Of a stretch of 64,000 nucleotides of DNA, positions 60,063-64,000 are shown piece after piece (positions within the stretch are counted from its first letter, which is position 1; every line of letters begins with the position of its first letter). Location of the stretch: assembly GCF_009914755.1 (NCBI RefSeq), contig NC_060929.1, one strand, 5' to 3'. Both the position numbers and the translations under genes were made by a program. Under the pieces are notes generated by a model. The model was not told where the DNA came from, searched no databases, and saw only the letters and a program-made list of their open reading frames with translations. Origin of the DNA: the human T2T-CHM13v2.0 reference genome, Homo sapiens.

Positions 60063-61294
60063 TAGTCCATTCCTTCTTACTCTTGTGTAGTATTTGGTGG
60101 TATGGATTGAGGTACTGTAGTCTGTTTAACCTTTCACCCACTGAAGAACATATGAGTCATTGTTTGTCTGGGGCTATCACAAATAACTAAACAGTCATGT
60201 ACCGGTTTTATGTGAACATAACTTTTCATTTCTCTAGGATAAATCCTCTGGGGTACAATTGCTGGATCATACATAATTGCACATATTTTTCTTAAGAGAC
60301 TGCTAAACTGATTTCTATAGTGGCTGCACTATTTTGAATTTCCGTCAGCAATATATGAGGGATTCAGAATCTCTATATCCTTCCCAGCATCTGGTGGTGT
60401 CACTCACTATAGGGATATTATTTTGGCAATTATAAGTGTGTAATAAAAGCTCATTGTGGTTTTAATTTGCATTTATCTAATGGTTAATGGTGTTGGTAAA
60501 ATATCTCTCCATGTCTTTTGTCTGGTTTCTAATTATCCACCTGATTATAGTTAATAATTATTTTATTAAGTTTTTAGAGTTCTTTACATATTGTACATCA
60601 TAGCCCTTTGTCAGATATATGATTAACAAACATGTCTCCCATTTTAAAGCTTGTATTGTGCCATTAACAGAGGCTTTCACAGAGCAAAAAGTTTTAATTT
60701 CAATAAAGGCCAATTTATCAACTATTTCTATGCATTGTATCCCGGTGTCAAAATCGAAGAACACTCAAGATTCCAAAATCTTCTCCCAAGTTTTTTCTTG
60801 AAATTTTATAGTTTTCCATTTTATATTTAATTCCATAATCAGTTTTGAGTTAATTTTCATATACTGTATAATACTTATGTAAACGCTCACTTTTTTGTGT
60901 GCGTTTTGCTCTAGCACCATCGGTGAAAAAAGGCTATCTTTTCTCCATTGAATTCTTTTGGCACTTTTGTTAAAAATCAACTGGGCATATTTTGGGTCTA
61001 TTCCTGAATTGTCTTCTCTTTGTCGTTTAGCTATGAGTCTATTCCTCCATCAATACCACATAGTCTTAATTACTATAGCTAATAAAAGAAATCTTAGAAT
61101 TGGATAGACTATTTTCTCCCACTGTATTCTTCATTTTGAAAATTATTTAAGATCTTTTAATTCCTTTGTTGAATTCCATATATATTTTAGAATAATATTG
61201 TCTATAACTACAAAAACTCTTACTGGTGTTTTGATGGGAATTGCCTTAAATTCATAAATTTTATTAATCTTGGTAGAATTGACATTCTTGCTAT

Positions 61295-62045
61295 TATTAC
61301 TGGCTAAATTGTGCCCCATCCTGTCACGTAATTCATGTATGACCACCTGATATGGTTTGGCTTGTGTCTCCACCCAAATCTCATCTTGTAGCTCCCATAA
61401 TTCCCATGTGTTGTGGGAGAGACCTGATGGGAGATGATTGAATCACGGGGGCAGGTCTTTCCCATGCTGTTCTCATGATAGTGAATGGGTTTCACGAGAT
61501 CTGATGGTTTTAAAAACTGGAGTTTCTCTGCACAAGCTCTCTTTGCCTGCTGCCATCCATTGAAGATGTGACTTGCACCTCCTCGCCTTCTGCCATGATT
61601 GTGAGGCCTCCCCAGCCATGTGGAACTGTAAGTCCAATAAACCTCTTTCTTTTGTAAATTGCCCAGTCTCAGGTATATCTTTATCAGCAGCGTGAAAATG
61701 GACTAAAACACCACCAAAGCTCAGAATGTGACTGCATTTGTGGATAGCGTCTTTAAAGAGGTAATTCAGTTAAAATGCAGTAATTCAGATGAGCCCAAGT
61801 CCAATATAACTGGCGTTCTAAAAAGAGTAAGGACAGAGACACACACAGAGGAAAACCATATGGGGGCACAGAAGGAAAGAATGACCATATAAAAGACAAT
61901 AGGAGAGAGACTTCAGAAGAAGCCAACCCTGCTGACACCTTGATTCCTGACTTTTAGTCTTCAATATTGTGAGAAAATAAATTTCTGTGGTTTAAGCCAT
62001 TTAGTCTGTGGTAATTTGTTATGGCAGCAGTAACAAACTAAAACA
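61295..62045 (+). mobile_element. MLT1B-like LTR interrupted by THE1
   Basis: ctcagaatgtgactgcatttg..gccaaccctgctgacaccttgatt..aacaaactaaaaca. Confidence 0.8.
61348..61710 (+). mobile_element. THE1 (C/D) solo LTR
   Basis: tgatatggtttggc...ggactaaaaca; perfect TSD ccacc. Confidence 0.92.
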
Positions 62046-62495
62046 CCAACGAATCTTCCAAACTATGAACACTGTATGTCTTTCCATTTGTTTCATCTTC
62101 TTTGATTAATGTCATCATTTTTAGACTGCAAGTCTTGTTCATGTTTTGTCATTTTACACGTATTTCATTTTTTTGAGCAGTTATAAATGTCATTAAACTT
62201 TTAATTTCAGTGTCCATGTCTTAATTTTGTGTATATAGAAACACAAATAATTTTATTTGTTATCTTGTGTTGTTCACCTTACTGAATTTATTAATCTCAG
62301 GGGGATTATTTTGCACGTGTACGTGTATGACTACATTTTCTAGATAGAAAATCATTTCATCTGCAAATAAAGACAATTTTATTTCCTTTTTTTATATCCA
62401 TATATCTTTTAATTACTTTTTTTCCCTTAAATTACTTTAATTACTTTTTTTTGTTCATAGTATGAGAAGTCCTTGTCAGAACTTCTCATACTATG

Positions 62496-62579
62496 AACAT
62501 GGCACATGTATACGTATGTAACAAACCTGCACGTTGTGCACATGTACCCTAGAACTTAAAGTATAATTTAAAAAAAAAA
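62496..62579 (+). mobile_element. ~80-bp L1PA 3' terminus with A-tail
   Basis: acatggcacatgtatac..aacctgcacgttgtgcacatgtaccctagaacttaaagtataa. Confidence 0.9.
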
Positions 62580-63081
62580 GAGTAGTGAAAGTGAATATCC
62601 TTCCCTTGTTTCTGATGTCGGGGGAAAGTAATTCTGCCTTTCACTATTAAGTACAATGTTAGCTGTAGGTTTTTTGTTTTTGTTTGGTTTAATTTTCATT
62701 CTTTTTTTGGTAGATGCTCTTTATCAAGTTGAAGAAGTTCTTCTCTATTCCTATCTTTCTCAGAGTTTTACTTACAATCAGTAATGGGCTATAAAATTTG
62801 TCAAATTCTTTTTCTGCATTGAATTATTTGATCATGCAATATGTTAGGTTGTATATTTTGTGAATTACATTAATATTTTCCAATCACTGAACCAGCCTTG
62901 AATTCTGAGATTAAATGTCATAGTATATAATTATTTTTATATATTGCTATATTGTATTTATTCATATTTTTTGTTAAAAATTTTTGCATTTATTTCATGA
63001 AGTATATTGGTCTCTAGTTTTTTTGTGTGTGTATTGTCTTTTTAAAATTTTGGTATCACTGTAGCTTTCTAAAATGAATTA

Positions 63082-63423
<342 letters not shown>

Positions 63424-63879
63424 AGAAAATGTTTCTTCCTCTTCTATTGTCTAAAAGAGATTTTGAATAATTTATGTTAATTTTTCTGTAAACATTCGAT
63501 AGAAGTCTCCAGTGAAACTACATGCAACTGGAGATTTGCCTTTTAAATTACAAAATCAGTCCTCTCACACGTTATAATACTATGCAAATGATTTATTTTA
63601 CAGTGGGTGTGTCAAATTGTGTGTTTTTAAGGATTTGGTTCATTTTATTTAAGATATATTTATACGTGTAGGATTGTTTATAGTATTCTTAGTATAATTT
63701 TCAAGTCTGCAAAGTCTATAGTGATATCCCCATTTCAGTTTTGATATTCATAATTTTTATCTTTTTCACTTTGTCAGATTTGCTAGAGGTGTGTCAACTT
63801 GATTGTTTTAAATAATCAGTTCTTTGTTTCTTTGAGTTTTTAATTTTAATATTACTGTTATTATCTTTGTGATGATTAA

Positions 63880-64000
63880 AATTTTCTATGTTTAATTTAT
63901 ATGGATACATAATAGTTGTACATATTTATGATGCACATGATATTTTGAAACAAGCACACAATGCGTAATAATCAAATGAGGGTAATTGGGATATCCATTA
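63880..64000 (-). mobile_element. L1MA 3' end running off the window
   Basis: gatacataatagttgtacatatttatg..aataatcaaatgagggtaattggg. Confidence 0.8.

Overview
AT-rich, gene-poor primate (human/great-ape-like) genomic DNA, judged from Alu, L1PA, THE1/MST and MER41 content. I see no intact host gene, RNA gene or CRISPR array, and most listed ORFs are repeat-derived noise. Much of the window is nested transposon fossils (L1, Alu, ERVL/MaLR/ERV1 LTRs, Tigger/hAT/Mariner, MIR, L2). Three things stand out. (1) An old, intronless, apparently full-length processed pseudogene of Brachyury (TBXT/T) lies on the minus strand at ~46217-48338, with UTR remnants, AATAAA, a decayed A-tail and a candidate TSD; it keeps the exon-6 segment that hominoids partly skip. 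(2) A 5.2-kb L1PA2-type insertion (29706-34863) has a twin-priming 5' inversion that points the L1 antisense promoter and ORF0 into a 1038-codon ORF2 remnant. (3) A ~330-bp imperfect palindrome at 54008-54340 has an extra copy of one arm and matches no repeat family I recognise. Repeat subfamily names come from recalled consensus sequences and need RepeatMasker/Dfam confirmation.
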